A stretch of DNA of 64,000 nt from an uncultured Bdellovibrionales bacterium (GCA_964612065.1 CAZTCD010000002.1:28008-92007), one strand, 5' to 3'; shown: positions 29,093 to 38,747, counted from the stretch's first letter. Notes: generated from the sequence alone by a model not told the origin. Made by a program: numbers and translations.

Positions 29093-30195
29093 TAAGTCTG
29101 CCAGCTCTTCCAGTAGTCCTGGAGCTCGATCCCTTCGAGCGAGGTGTCGCGGGTAAGCGGCCACCGGGTATCGATCATCACGGCGTATTCGTTCGTGAAG
29201 GTTTCTTTCGCTACCCTTTCTTCGGCTTTGGGGTGCGGGCCATGAGGGAAGCCGGCAGGATGAAAGCTCATCATGCCTGAGTGAAGGTTGGTGCGGCTGA
29301 AGAAGTCGCCGTTGTGGTAGAAGAGCACCTCATCGTAATCGATGTTCTGGTGGTAGAAGGGCACCTTCAGGGCGTCGCCATCGGTTTCGAGCGGGCGGGG
29401 CACGAAGGAGCAAACCACGAAATTGGGGGCCACGAAGGTGGTATGGGCGCTCGGCGGCAGATGGGCCCGGTGCGAGTTGAGAGGCATCAGCTGGTCCATA
29501 TTGATCCGGAAAGGGAAAAGATCTCCCTTCCAGCCGATCACGTCGAAAAGATTCTCTTCGTATTCAAAGCGGGTGGTTTGCCCGTTGTGTTTCACTTCCA
29601 CTTCCAGGCAGTTGAGGCCGTTTTTCTGAAGGAAGGATTGAAGCTCCTCAAGGTTGGCCACATCCAGCTGGGCGGAATCGTAGAACGCATTCTTGCCCAG
29701 CATTCCCCTGTCGGGCTCGCGGAAATCGCCGCTATGGTTCTCGATCAGCAGAAGCTGAGTGTCTTTCTCCGCCACGAACACATGGGAGAAGCATTTGGGG
29801 ATCACCAGGTAATCGCCCGGGCGGTAGCGAAGCAGGCCGTATTCGGTGAGGAGAGAACCTTCTCCGAGATGGCAGAAATAAAGGGAATCCGCATCGGCAT
29901 TGCGGAAGGCCTTCAGCTTCTTTTCCTTTTTAGGAAACACCCATTGGGAGCTGATGGTGATGTCGTTGTTGAAGAGAAGGCGCTGCCGAGATCCGCTGCG
30001 ATCCGCTTTTACGAGATCGTACATCCGGGGCTTGAGCGGGCCATCGATCACTTTCCATCGGGTGGAAGGCTTGCTCCGGATCAGGTGGGAAACCTGCCCG
30101 AAAAAACCTTTTCTCCCCTGCTCCTCTTCCACGCATCCTTGAGGAATTCCTTTATGGGCCTGACGGGTGAACTTGCCTTGTGAAGTGAAGAACAT
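29092..30195 (-). CDS. hmgA: Homogentisate 1,2-dioxygenase
   Basis: ATG at 30195 with AAAGGGGG upstream. The C-terminal cupin (HLPPSAHTTFVAPNF...FYHQNIDYDEVLFYHNGDFFSRTNLHSGMMSFHPAGFPHGPHP) is collinear with HGD. The track ORF is extended 273 aa upstream only because the frame lacks stops. Confidence 0.85.
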   Translation of the reverse strand: MFFTSQGKFTRQAHKGIPQGCVEEEQGRKGFFGQVSHLIRSKPSTRWKVIDGPLKPRMYDLVKADRSGSRQRLLFNNDITISSQWVFPKKEKKLKAFRNADADSLYFCHLGEGSLLTEYGLLRYRPGDYLVIPKCFSHVFVAEKDTQLLLIENHSGDFREPDRGMLGKNAFYDSAQLDVANLEELQSFLQKNGLNCLEVEVKHNGQTTRFEYEENLFDVIGWKGDLFPFRINMDQLMPLNSHRAHLPPSAHTTFVAPNFVVCSFVPRPLETDGDALKVPFYHQNIDYDEVLFYHNGDFFSRTNLHSGMMSFHPAGFPHGPHPKAEERVAKETFTNEYAVMIDTRWPLTRDTSLEGIELQDYWKSWQT

Positions 30196-30279
30196 CTTGC
30201 CCCCTTTTACACGGGAGCATAGCACCAGATCCTCGGCTGCGCGAAGCGTTAGAAGTGGGAGATTTTCATCTGGGGCCTC

Positions 30280-31353
30280 ATGGGCAATTTTGCTAATTTG
30301 GGAGCCAAGATGGCACATATTCCGAACCTTCACGGCTTCACTCTGCTCCGCAACGGGCTGAAGTATGATTATCCCTTCCGGGAAAGCATCCGGGGCCTCA
30401 GATCGCTCTGTTCTTCCGTGGTGGTGGCGCTGGGGCAGTCCGACGATGGCACCGAAGGCTCCTTGGATGGCCTGGACTTGGTGAAGATCCCTACCGTTTG
30501 GGATGAAGAGAAGCGCCGTGGCGGCTTGATCCTTTCCGAGCAAACCAATATCGCCCTGAGTGAGCTGCGAAAGCGAGTGCCGGCGGGCTGGGGCTTTTAC
30601 CTTCAGGCGGATGAGGCGATAACCGAGCGGGACTTCAGCAGGATCGCGGAGGATCTTCTTAAAGCGGAAGCTCAGGGTTGCGACTGCATCTCCTTTCGAT
30701 ACCTGCATTTCTGGCAGAGCTACGAAGAGGTGGCAATCGGAAAGCGATGGTACCCCCAGGAGATCCGCTGCGTTCGCCTCGACTCCCCTATCGAAAGCTA
30801 TGGCGACGCCCAGAGCTTTCGAGGGTGGACCACGCGCTACGAAAGCGAGGCTGTGATTTATCACTACGGCCATGTAAGAGAAGCAGCGGCCTATGAGAAA
30901 AAGAAAAAGGATTTTCACCGCTGGTGGCATCCGGATTCCGAGATCTCCAGCGTGATTGCCAAGGGTGAGAAGGTGGAGAAGCGGGAAGAAACCCTGCAAT
31001 ATCTCGGGCCTCATTCTTCGTTTATGAAGGAGAGGATTCAGGCGCAGGGCGGGCTCAGCGCGCCCTTAAAGCGAAAGATCATGGTGCTTGGAAGTAAAAG
31101 TGATTTTCCTCCTCTCTTCCTGGATCGTGTGCGCGCTGAGCTGGAGTTTACCTCAAATGAGGTGGAGATCAGGAAGCTTGAGCCGGAGAATGTGGTGCTG
31201 ATGAAGCCCCTCTCTTTTTTCTCGAATGTGATTTCGCTCGGGAAGTATCGAAGCCGGGTTCCCCTTCGCATGGGCTCTCCTCAGGCACTCGATTTTTCGC
31301 CGGAGCTCCTGGCTGTGTTCCGGTTCTCGGAAAAGAATGTGAGGGTGGAATGA
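30280..31353 (+). CDS. Putative glycosyltransferase-like protein (GT-A-like; assignment tentative)
   Basis: GFTLLRNGLKYDYPFRESI...LQADEA (possible DxD-like). An alternative start at 30310 has a GGGAG RBS. Confidence 0.35.
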   Translation: MGNFANLGAKMAHIPNLHGFTLLRNGLKYDYPFRESIRGLRSLCSSVVVALGQSDDGTEGSLDGLDLVKIPTVWDEEKRRGGLILSEQTNIALSELRKRVPAGWGFYLQADEAITERDFSRIAEDLLKAEAQGCDCISFRYLHFWQSYEEVAIGKRWYPQEIRCVRLDSPIESYGDAQSFRGWTTRYESEAVIYHYGHVREAAAYEKKKKDFHRWWHPDSEISSVIAKGEKVEKREETLQYLGPHSSFMKERIQAQGGLSAPLKRKIMVLGSKSDFPPLFLDRVRAELEFTSNEVEIRKLEPENVVLMKPLSFFSNVISLGKYRSRVPLRMGSPQALDFSPELLAVFRFSEKNVRVE

Positions 31354-31931
31354 AGTCGCAGATCCCGTCCCTTTTGGCTTTTGTCAAAGAGGCTGATCGT
31401 TTGAAGCTGGTGGAGCGGCAAACCCTGATCCATTCCGGGGGCCGGAGAGAGAACTCGGCCGAGCACTCCTGGCACCTCGCTCTTGCGGTGATGGCTTTTG
31501 CGGAGCTCGCCCCGGAGGGGTTGGATCTTCCAAAGGCGATCCGTATGGCGCTCTTACACGATCTGGTGGAGATCGATGCGGGGGATGAGCTTGTGTATAG
31601 CGAGAACAAGGGGAAGAAAGAAAAGGAACTGAAAGCGATCGATCGCCTTTGCGCCCTCCTTCCCTCCTCGGTCGGCGCCGGCTTCAAGGAGACATGGCTG
31701 GAGTTCGAGGAAGGAGAATCGCCGGAAGCAAAATTCGTATCGGCTCTCGACCGTTTCCTTCCGATCTTCTCGAACTACTTCAACAAAGGCCATTCGTGGA
31801 AGAACCATGGGGTACCTTCCAGCAAAGTGGTGGCGCGGTGCGAGAAGCCGATATCCGAGATTCCCGGTTTGTGGGAAGCCACTCATTCGATGCTAGAGGA
31901 ATGCATCTCCCGCGCGGAGCTCGACCGCTGA
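31350..31931 (+). CDS. HD-domain phosphohydrolase, YfbR-like 5'-deoxynucleotidase family
   Basis: RENSAEHSWHLALAVM...LLHDLVEIDAGD are the HD motifs. Four-nt overlap with the upstream gene. Confidence 0.65.
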   Translation: MKSQIPSLLAFVKEADRLKLVERQTLIHSGGRRENSAEHSWHLALAVMAFAELAPEGLDLPKAIRMALLHDLVEIDAGDELVYSENKGKKEKELKAIDRLCALLPSSVGAGFKETWLEFEEGESPEAKFVSALDRFLPIFSNYFNKGHSWKNHGVPSSKVVARCEKPISEIPGLWEATHSMLEECISRAELDR

Positions 31932-32083
31932 AAAAAATCCCCGGGAAATTCTTTCCAGGCGTGTTTTGTTTGTGTGAACAATTGTGTTCGCATTTTCTAA
32001 AATTCCTATTTGCCGCCCAACGCCTGCCAGCGTAGCGTTTCTGCCGACACGCCATCCGGCGCTAACCGTGAATAGGAGTAAAT

Positions 32084-32356
32084 ATGAAACGCTTGAACCT
32101 GATCTGGATCGCCGCCCTTATTTCCCTACCCGCTTTCGCTCAGAGCCGCCCAAATCCTGAATGCGAAGCCCTTAAAAAACAGATCGACGCTATTTACGAC
32201 GACCCCAGAGCCGAGCAGTGCGACGGTAGCGAAGAAGGCGAATGCGCCGCCTTCTGGGATCAGCTGGATTCTCTCTTCGACAAATACGACGAGCTCGGTT
32301 GCGAGGCCCCCGAGGACGAGGGCGGCGAGGAAGGCGGAAACCAGTTCAGGTTCTGA
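32084..32356 (+). CDS. Small secreted acidic Cys-containing protein
   Basis: Signal peptide MKRLNLIWIAALISLPAFA. Mature 69 aa is D/E-rich with 4 Cys. Confidence 0.4.
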   Translation: MKRLNLIWIAALISLPAFAQSRPNPECEALKKQIDAIYDDPRAEQCDGSEEGECAAFWDQLDSLFDKYDELGCEAPEDEGGEEGGNQFRF

Positions 32357-32434
32357 GTTCCGAAAAATTCCAGGGGGTGCCGGACCTTCCCTATCCCTTC
32401 CAAATCCGGTACCGGTGCCCCCGCTTTTTTCAAG

Positions 32435-33541
32435 CTACAGATAATAATGAAACATCAGGAAGGCGTAGTCTTCGAACTCGCGGCTTACCTGCAGCGCCTT
32501 TCGCTGGCTATAGGTGAGCTCCAGCTCGAAATGCGGGCGGGGATACCAAAGCAATCCGCCCCCATAGCTGATCGTGAAGGAGCTCGGATTGGAACGGTTC
32601 GTTTCCGCGAAATCTTCCAGAGCAAGAACATGAAACCCTTTGAAGAGCTCATAGCCTAAGCGCCCGAAATGGTAGATACCGGTTTCCTCTGCGCCACCCG
32701 GGTTCAAGGATTGCTTCAGCTGAACCGCTCCCTCGCTCAGAAGATAAAAACGTTCCGTGAATCCGAGAATCCCGTGAAGGCTTGCCACCAGCCTGCGATG
32801 AGTATCGCTCTTGCCGCGCCACAGGCTCACTCCTACCCGGTATTTGTCGTCGAAGAAGCGTTCCACCTGGGCATTCACCGCCAGCTCTTCGGAGCGTAAG
32901 GCCGACTGCTGCCTGCTCTCCGAACCGCCAAACGCCAGGTGCCACTGTTCTCCGCTGAAGTGCAGCTCGGCCGCATTTCGCTCACTATCGTATCCGAAGC
33001 CCAAAGGCTGCCGGGTGGACACGATATGCTGGGGAAGATTGATGCCGAACGAGGGAAGGAAGCGGCCGGCCTTTACCTGCACCTGATCGGTGAGATTTCC
33101 CTGAAGGTAATAGCGGGTGATCTCACCTTTCAGATGATTTTCACGGTCGGGCTTTCCGAACGCGGCCACGGCCGTAACCGGACCGGCGGTGGCTCCGAGC
33201 TCTACCTGCCCCTGCATCAGGATGTACTTTCCTTCTTTTACCCGCCGGGTTTCCCGGTGGGTTTGCACCCCGCGCAGATCGCCACCCACGGTGAGCCATG
33301 TCGGAAAGTGCTCCGGCTTCAAAGCCCCGTGAAGGAAGAGGCTTTCGTTCTCGTAGCTCCAGGTGGAAAGCACCTCGGCCGACATTCCGCGCCCGTACTC
33401 GGTGAGCAGCCCTCCCCCGTTCGGGTTCACGTGGCAGGCATTGCAGTTCACGTAATGGTGGCGAACCATGTCGGGAAACGCCTGCGCCCGGAATGCGGGC
33501 AGCAGCAGCAATGAGGCGAGAAAAAACTTCAGCGGTTTCAT
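32435..33541 (-). CDS. Putative outer-membrane beta-barrel protein with N-terminal CxxCH motif
   Basis: Signal peptide MKPLKFFLASLLLLPAFRAQA, then HHYVNCNACHVNPNGGG (CxxCH). The rest shows alternating amphipathic beta-strand character. The C-terminus ...FLMFHYYL is not a canonical aromatic terminus. Confidence 0.45.
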   Translation of the reverse strand: MKPLKFFLASLLLLPAFRAQAFPDMVRHHYVNCNACHVNPNGGGLLTEYGRGMSAEVLSTWSYENESLFLHGALKPEHFPTWLTVGGDLRGVQTHRETRRVKEGKYILMQGQVELGATAGPVTAVAAFGKPDRENHLKGEITRYYLQGNLTDQVQVKAGRFLPSFGINLPQHIVSTRQPLGFGYDSERNAAELHFSGEQWHLAFGGSESRQQSALRSEELAVNAQVERFFDDKYRVGVSLWRGKSDTHRRLVASLHGILGFTERFYLLSEGAVQLKQSLNPGGAEETGIYHFGRLGYELFKGFHVLALEDFAETNRSNPSSFTISYGGGLLWYPRPHFELELTYSQRKALQVSREFEDYAFLMFHYYL

Positions 33542-33568
33542 TTCAACGGACCGATCTTTCAGGAGTTC

Positions 33569-34150
33569 TTATTTCTTCAACGGCAGTATCACGTCCACGT
33601 TCACTACATCAGCTACCTTGATGCCGAGATAGGACGGAATCTCCACGGCGAAGTCGCTCAGCTTCACAGGGAATTTCGCGGCCACGTTTCCGTCCACTAC
33701 CGTGAATGTTCCTGTTACTTCCTGCTCTTTTCCGTGGAGCTTCAACTTGCCCTTGAAGGGCTTCTCGCCCTTGTTCGTAAGTGTGGAGGCAAAGCCTTCG
33801 TCTACCGGCGCTTCGATGAGGGTAAGGGTGGATTTCGGGTACTCCTTCACCTCGAGGTATTTTTCCTTCATATGCTCGGTGCGAAGATCGATTCCGGTAT
33901 CGAGCTTGTCCATGTCCATCTCGATCGATCCCTGGAGCTGATTGCCTTCCACTTTCAGCTGGCCGGCGGGGCCGGTGGCGGCGGTGCCGTGGATCTTGAG
34001 CATGCTGGGCTTTCCCACAGCAAGGAAAGTTACCTTGGCTCCTGCGGGATCCGCTTTCAGCTCCAGGGCTGTTTCTTTGGCGGGGGCCGGGGCTCCCAGG
34101 GCCAGCAAGGGAAGAAGTAAGCTGAAAAACATGGCGGTAGAGATCTTCAT
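33569..34150 (-). CDS. YceI-family periplasmic protein
   Basis: DTGIDLRTEHMKEKYLEVKEYPKSTLTL...GKLKLHGKEQEVTGTF...LSDFAVEIPSYLG matches the YceI lipocalin-like domain. Has a signal peptide. Confidence 0.7.
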   Translation of the reverse strand: MKISTAMFFSLLLPLLALGAPAPAKETALELKADPAGAKVTFLAVGKPSMLKIHGTAATGPAGQLKVEGNQLQGSIEMDMDKLDTGIDLRTEHMKEKYLEVKEYPKSTLTLIEAPVDEGFASTLTNKGEKPFKGKLKLHGKEQEVTGTFTVVDGNVAAKFPVKLSDFAVEIPSYLGIKVADVVNVDVILPLKK

Positions 34151-34174
34151 AAATGACTCCTCAAAAAGTGTTTT

Positions 34175-34846
34175 TTAATCCTTGGGGGCGCCAGAGCGGA
34201 TCCATTCGAGCAGGAGGTTTTTTTCCTCCTCGGTGAGCTGGGCGCGGTTGGCGGGGGGCATCTGAAACATGCCGCCGATGTCCTGCACCCGGTACTCGAT
34301 ATCGCTGAGCAAGGGGGCCGTTTGCTCATAAGTGTCGAGCTCGGATTGATGGCAGCGGATGCACTTACTCTCGAAAACCTGAGCGCGGATCCGGGCGAAG
34401 TTTAGCCGGGGCGGTGCCGGCGGTTCCGTAGGATCCGGCTTTGGAGGTTCCGGCTCCGCTGGTGGCTCTACGGGTGGCTCGGTAGGTGCGGGAGGAGAAG
34501 GCTCTCCCGGAACTTCCGGAGCGCCTGCGGCCACCCAGGCCACGATAGCCTGCTTTTCCCTATTGGTAAGTTGAGGGCTGTTGGGAGGGGGCATGGCCGG
34601 GCGGGATCCTATCCCCTGCACTCTTTCTGAGATTTCCTGCGCCAGGCGCTGCGCGGCCGGATAGGAATTCATCCAGTCGTCATTCCCGTGGCAGCGGGAG
34701 CATTTGGGCCCGAAGGCCAGGCTCCTGATTTCGGAAAAGCCAAGGCTGGCTCGATCCAGGGCCACGGAGGGCTCCTTCTCTTTTTCCACTTTGTAGGAGC
34801 AGGAGGAAAGGAGAGCGAGGGTAAGAAGTAGCGATCTGTTTTTCAT
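34175..34846 (-). CDS. Diheme c-type cytochrome lipoprotein (two repeated CxxCH domains)
   Basis: Lipobox LLSSC. Two paralogous ~60-aa units, each with a CxxCH (CSRCH, CIRCH) and a ...A(I/L)..W(V/I).(A/S)GAP tail, separated by a P/E-rich linker. Confidence 0.7.
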   Translation of the reverse strand: MKNRSLLLTLALLSSCSYKVEKEKEPSVALDRASLGFSEIRSLAFGPKCSRCHGNDDWMNSYPAAQRLAQEISERVQGIGSRPAMPPPNSPQLTNREKQAIVAWVAAGAPEVPGEPSPPAPTEPPVEPPAEPEPPKPDPTEPPAPPRLNFARIRAQVFESKCIRCHQSELDTYEQTAPLLSDIEYRVQDIGGMFQMPPANRAQLTEEEKNLLLEWIRSGAPKD

Positions 34847-34996
34847 ACTATGGGCTCCTTTCCTAGGCTGGGCCTGAGAGGAGAACTATCACGGAATCGC
34901 GAGCTAGTTCACCGTTCGTTCATATGACATCCATAAATGAAGCGTGAAATGGCGGAAGGAGCCGGTCACCTCCCTATGACCGCCCTTTTCTGCTGG

Positions 34997-35419
34997 TTAT
35001 TCCTTTACGAAGATCAGCTGCCATTCGGGGTAGTGGCCGCGGGTATCGCCGGGCGCTTTGTCTTTATGAAAGTAGTAAAGCGGGAGGCCTTTCAGGGTGA
35101 GCTGGGGTTTGCCGTTGTTTCCCGTGATCGTTCCGAAAGGAGCTGGAGGTGCGAGGCCCTCGCTCACGGAAAGAGGCGGCCAAACTTCGAGGCAGCGCCC
35201 CCGGCATACGCTTTTCCCCTCGGTGTCGAGGTCGAAGGTATAGAGGGAAATGCCTTGGGCGTCGGCCAGCACCACGCGGGGCTGCCCTTCAAAGCGAACC
35301 TGGCTCAGGCTCACCTCCCGAACCTTATTTGATACTTCTGAAGGCGTTACTGTGAGGGCAGGAGCAGAGGTGGCGGAAAGGGCGAGGCCGATCAGCGCCA
35401 GAATGGATGGGGTTTTCAT
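34997..35419 (-). CDS. COG4315-like secreted protein (Yx[FWY]xxD-motif lipoprotein family)
   Basis: Signal peptide, then ISLYTFDLDTEGKSVCRGRCLEVWPP ... LPLYYFHKDKAPGDTRGH, two copies of the YxFxxD-type motif. Confidence 0.5.
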   Translation of the reverse strand: MKTPSILALIGLALSATSAPALTVTPSEVSNKVREVSLSQVRFEGQPRVVLADAQGISLYTFDLDTEGKSVCRGRCLEVWPPLSVSEGLAPPAPFGTITGNNGKPQLTLKGLPLYYFHKDKAPGDTRGHYPEWQLIFVKE

Positions 35420-35608
35420 ATTGTTTCCTTTCTGTGGTTTCGGCTCAGCCGGCTCTTCGCCGGCTTTGCCTATGAAGGAAACCTACCCCTGCCCTGCCCA
35501 GAGGGGTACAGAGGCCGCCTTAGGAGAATGATGTGATTTGACGTGATTCAAGGGAGCGAAAAAAGGGCGAGGAAGAGCCCTTCGCCCTGAAAAGGATCTG
35601 AGTATTGC

Positions 35609-36658
35609 TTACTTCAGGTAGCCGCGCTTCATCTGATCGCGTTCAATGGCGTCGAAGAGCGCCTGGAAATTCCCGTTCCCGAAGCCCCAGTGGTTTTCCC
35701 TCTGGATGATCTCGAAGAAGATCGGGCCGATCATGTTTTTGGTGAAGATCTGCAGGAGGTATCCGGCTTCGTCGCCATCGGCAAGAAGGGAGAGGCTCTG
35801 GAGTTTGGCGCGCTCTTCCCAGAGGAGCGGAAGGCGGCTCGGAAGGGCTTCGTAATAGGTATCCGGCGGAGCATCGAGGAATCCCACCTTCTCCTTGTTC
35901 AGCTCTTCCACGCAATGCACGGCATTCGAAACCAGGAAGGCTACGTGCTGGATGCCGGAGCCTTTGTACTCTTCCAGGTATTCGTTGATCTGGCTCTTCG
36001 CATCGCTGGATTCATTGATGGGAATGATCACTTTATAGCCCGGACTCACCATCACTTTCGAGATCAGGCCGGTTTTCAGGCCTTTGATATCGAAGTAGCG
36101 CACGTTCTTGAAGTTGAAGATCTTGGCGTAGAAATCACACCATTTATCCATCTCTCCCTGGGGCACGTTATTGGTGAGGTGGTCGATCCGGATCAGCCCT
36201 TTTTGGGGAACCGGAGTTTCATGCGTGGGAGAGAATTCCTGCTTCAGCGTGAACTTATTGTCCACGAAGTAGATCAGGGAATCGCCGATTCCGTAAACGG
36301 CCGGAAAGGGCACGGATTTGTCTTTGCCATCGTAAGGCCTGGCGCCTCTTTTCACCGCGAGCTCGAAGGCGGTCTTGCTGTTCTTCACTCTCCAGCCCAT
36401 GGAGCAGGCTGAAGGGCCATGAGCCTTTTGAAAGCTTTCCGCGAAGGAGGCCGGCTGCTCGTTCAGGAGGAATACGCAATCGTTCTGTTCGTAATAATCC
36501 ACTTTGCTGTGCTTGTGGCGGGCGGTGCGGGTAAAGCCAAGGCGGTGAAAGAGATCACGCAGCGCTTCGGGTTTCGGGCTGGCGTACTCGATAAAAGCCA
36601 TGCCTTCAATGCCGATAGGATTCTCCGTTTCCTGTCCGTCGAGATTAGGGAATTCCAT
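35609..36658 (-). CDS. hppD: 4-hydroxyphenylpyruvate dioxygenase
   Basis: 349 aa, two VOC modules. ...GIQHVAF... and ...FFEIIQR... motifs are characteristic of HPPD. Confidence 0.9.
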   Translation of the reverse strand: MEFPNLDGQETENPIGIEGMAFIEYASPKPEALRDLFHRLGFTRTARHKHSKVDYYEQNDCVFLLNEQPASFAESFQKAHGPSACSMGWRVKNSKTAFELAVKRGARPYDGKDKSVPFPAVYGIGDSLIYFVDNKFTLKQEFSPTHETPVPQKGLIRIDHLTNNVPQGEMDKWCDFYAKIFNFKNVRYFDIKGLKTGLISKVMVSPGYKVIIPINESSDAKSQINEYLEEYKGSGIQHVAFLVSNAVHCVEELNKEKVGFLDAPPDTYYEALPSRLPLLWEERAKLQSLSLLADGDEAGYLLQIFTKNMIGPIFFEIIQRENHWGFGNGNFQALFDAIERDQMKRGYLK

Positions 36659-36722
36659 GAAGCCTCCGGGTTTAAACGATTTTCTGGAGAAACCCTACCA
36701 CAGGTGTGTGGCCTATGCGACT

Positions 36723-37055
36723 ATGCCGATGCAGATGAAAGCTGAAGGATCTTCTTATTATGCCGTGATCTTCACCTCCGTTTTGAAGGGGGAGCGGGGC
36801 TATGAAGAAATGTCCCGCGCCATGGTGGAAAATGTCTCGAAACAACCCGGTTTTCTGGGGTTTGACTCTGCGCGAGAGCCTGAGGGGTTGGGGATCACGG
36901 TGAGCTATTGGGAGAGCCTCGAAGCCGTTCGGGCCTGGAAGGAAAACGCCTCTCACTTGACGGCCCAAAAAATGGGGCGGGAGCATTGGTATTCCTCCTA
37001 CCAGATACGGGTGGCGAAAGTGCTGGAGGAAAGAGAGTTTGCCGGTGAGCCCTAA
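36723..37055 (+). CDS. Antibiotic-biosynthesis-monooxygenase (ABM) domain protein
   Basis: Ferredoxin-like ABM pattern of ~107 aa (YYAVIFTS...[10 protein letters not shown]...[18 protein letters not shown]). The start is uncertain. The longest ORF begins at 36657, overlapping the hppD start. Confidence 0.5.
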   Translation: MPMQMKAEGSSYYAVIFTSVLKGERGYEEMSRAMVENVSKQPGFLGFDSAREPEGLGITVSYWESLEAVRAWKENASHLTAQKMGREHWYSSYQIRVAKVLEEREFAGEP

Positions 37056-37764
37056 AGACTCAGATAAAGTGATCATATTTACCGATGGCGCCTGCTCCGG
37101 GAATCCCGGTCCCGGGGGGTGGGGTGCGATCCTGGTTTCCCCTTTGGGAAAGGTTAAGGAGATCGGCGGCGGGGAGTTCAAAACCACCAATAACCGGATG
37201 GAGCTTACCGCGGCATTGGAAGCTTTGCGTTTGCTGTCGAACGTAAAGAAGCTCAGCACCAACAAAATTTCCCTTTATACCGATTCCAAATACGTGATCC
37301 AGGGGATCACCCAGTGGATGCACGGATGGAAGAGGAACGGCTGGAAAACCGCCGATGGCAAAGACGTGAGCAACCGGGAGCTCTGGGAGAGCCTGAGCGA
37401 AGAGATCCTGAAGAATGGCTTCAAGGTGGACTGGCTATACGTGCCCGGGCACAAGGGAATTCCCGGAAACGAACGCTGCGATGAGATCGCGGTGGCCTTT
37501 TCGAAAGGCTATGAGGCGCAGCTTTATCAGGGAGAACTTGAATCCTATTCTGTAGACATCCGCCGCCTTCCGCAGCCTGCGGCCTTATCCGAAAAAAAGA
37601 AGAAGGGGCCGGTGGTTTATCTTTCCTGTGTGGACGGCAAGGTTTTCCGCGACCGCGACTGGAAGAGCTGCGAGGCAAGGGTGAAGGGGCAGCGAGGCGC
37701 GAGGTTCAAAAAAGTGGAGTCGGAAGAGGAAGCCGCAGAGGTTCTTAGGGGATGGGGATTCTGA
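37039..37764 (+). CDS. rnhA: Ribonuclease HI with C-terminal hybrid-binding-domain (HBD/Cauli_VI)-like extension
   Basis: RNase H core DEDD residues ([61 protein letters not shown]). The C-terminal ~50 aa ([45 protein letters not shown]) resembles the RNase H1 HBD consensus. Confidence 0.8.
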   Translation: MPVSPKDSDKVIIFTDGACSGNPGPGGWGAILVSPLGKVKEIGGGEFKTTNNRMELTAALEALRLLSNVKKLSTNKISLYTDSKYVIQGITQWMHGWKRNGWKTADGKDVSNRELWESLSEEILKNGFKVDWLYVPGHKGIPGNERCDEIAVAFSKGYEAQLYQGELESYSVDIRRLPQPAALSEKKKKGPVVYLSCVDGKVFRDRDWKSCEARVKGQRGARFKKVESEEEAAEVLRGWGF

Positions 37765-38702
37765 ACCTGCGCCGCCATTGGATGCTGGTGATGGCATTCG
37801 CTTCCCTGCTCTTCGCCTTCATGCTTTGGCGGCATGCCTTGCAACCCTACTATCCCCGCCATTTTGACGACGCCGAGCACTGGCTGTTTACCTATAAGCT
37901 CTACGATGCCTTGAGGAGTGCCTCTAGCTGGGCGGAGCAGGCCCATCTTCTGTTCTGGTTCCGATCAGACCGAACCATCTCTTTTCCTTTGCTGGGCCTT
38001 CCGTTTCTTTTTCTGGGGTGGAGCGTAACCATGGCCACGGCCCTGCTTCAATCGCTTTTCTATACAGGTTGCGGGCTCGTTTTTTACGCGATCTTCCGCT
38101 TTTTCGGCAGCGGTAAGGCTATATCGATGCTCTCCGCCCTTTTTCTGCTGCTTGTGCCGGCTACCTTTGCTGCTGCCGGCGTTTATTTGGCGGAGCTTCC
38201 CTTTCTGTTTTTTTGCTCGGCGGCGGCGCTCGCGCGCCTCAAGCAGCGGTTTCATCTACAGGGAATTCTGATCGGCCTGGCCCTGACGCTTCGACCGGTG
38301 GAGGGGGCTGCCGGAATCGCCATAGCGGTGGTGGCAGACTTCTATCTGCTCCGGCCAAGGTGGGCGGTGCTTATCCGGGCCTGGGGGATTTCACTGGCCT
38401 GGATCGCAGCCATAACTCTGGGTTGGTTCCTGCCTTTCCGCGAACGGTTGATCGAGTGGATTGTGCCGGCCCTTGCCACGCCCACGCAGGATGAGCCGCT
38501 CCAGTACCGGCAAATTCTTTTCCTGTTCATGGATCTTCTTTCCCCGGCCATGGTAGCGATGGGGCTCGTGGCCACTGGGCTCGAATGGTTTCAGGGCCGA
38601 GGCCTCAGGCGGACGGCCTTCGCATGGCTGGTTTTTTTTCTTCCTTTGGGGCTCGCCCTATATTCCACCAATGTTGTTTCCATACTGGAATCGCGGCCCT
38701 AA
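37752..38702 (+). CDS. Polytopic membrane protein, hypothetical
   Basis: About 8 TM helices, no motif recognised. Overlaps the rnhA stop, so it is operonic. Confidence 0.45.
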   Translation: MGILNLRRHWMLVMAFASLLFAFMLWRHALQPYYPRHFDDAEHWLFTYKLYDALRSASSWAEQAHLLFWFRSDRTISFPLLGLPFLFLGWSVTMATALLQSLFYTGCGLVFYAIFRFFGSGKAISMLSALFLLLVPATFAAAGVYLAELPFLFFCSAAALARLKQRFHLQGILIGLALTLRPVEGAAGIAIAVVADFYLLRPRWAVLIRAWGISLAWIAAITLGWFLPFRERLIEWIVPALATPTQDEPLQYRQILFLFMDLLSPAMVAMGLVATGLEWFQGRGLRRTAFAWLVFFLPLGLALYSTNVVSILESRP

Positions 38703-38747
38703 CTCATATTTTTAAAGCTTGCCTGGGGTTTATTCGCTTCGCTTCTG

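Noticed and set aside
29092-31014. 640-aa ORF suggesting an N-terminally extended homogentisate dioxygenase
   Set aside because: The first 273 codons have no HGD similarity and run antisense through the divergent gene 30280-31353. An RBS-supported ATG at 30195 gives a normal-length HmgA. gcvP (start 46432) and the pyrC-like gene (start 60847) have the same kind of extension.
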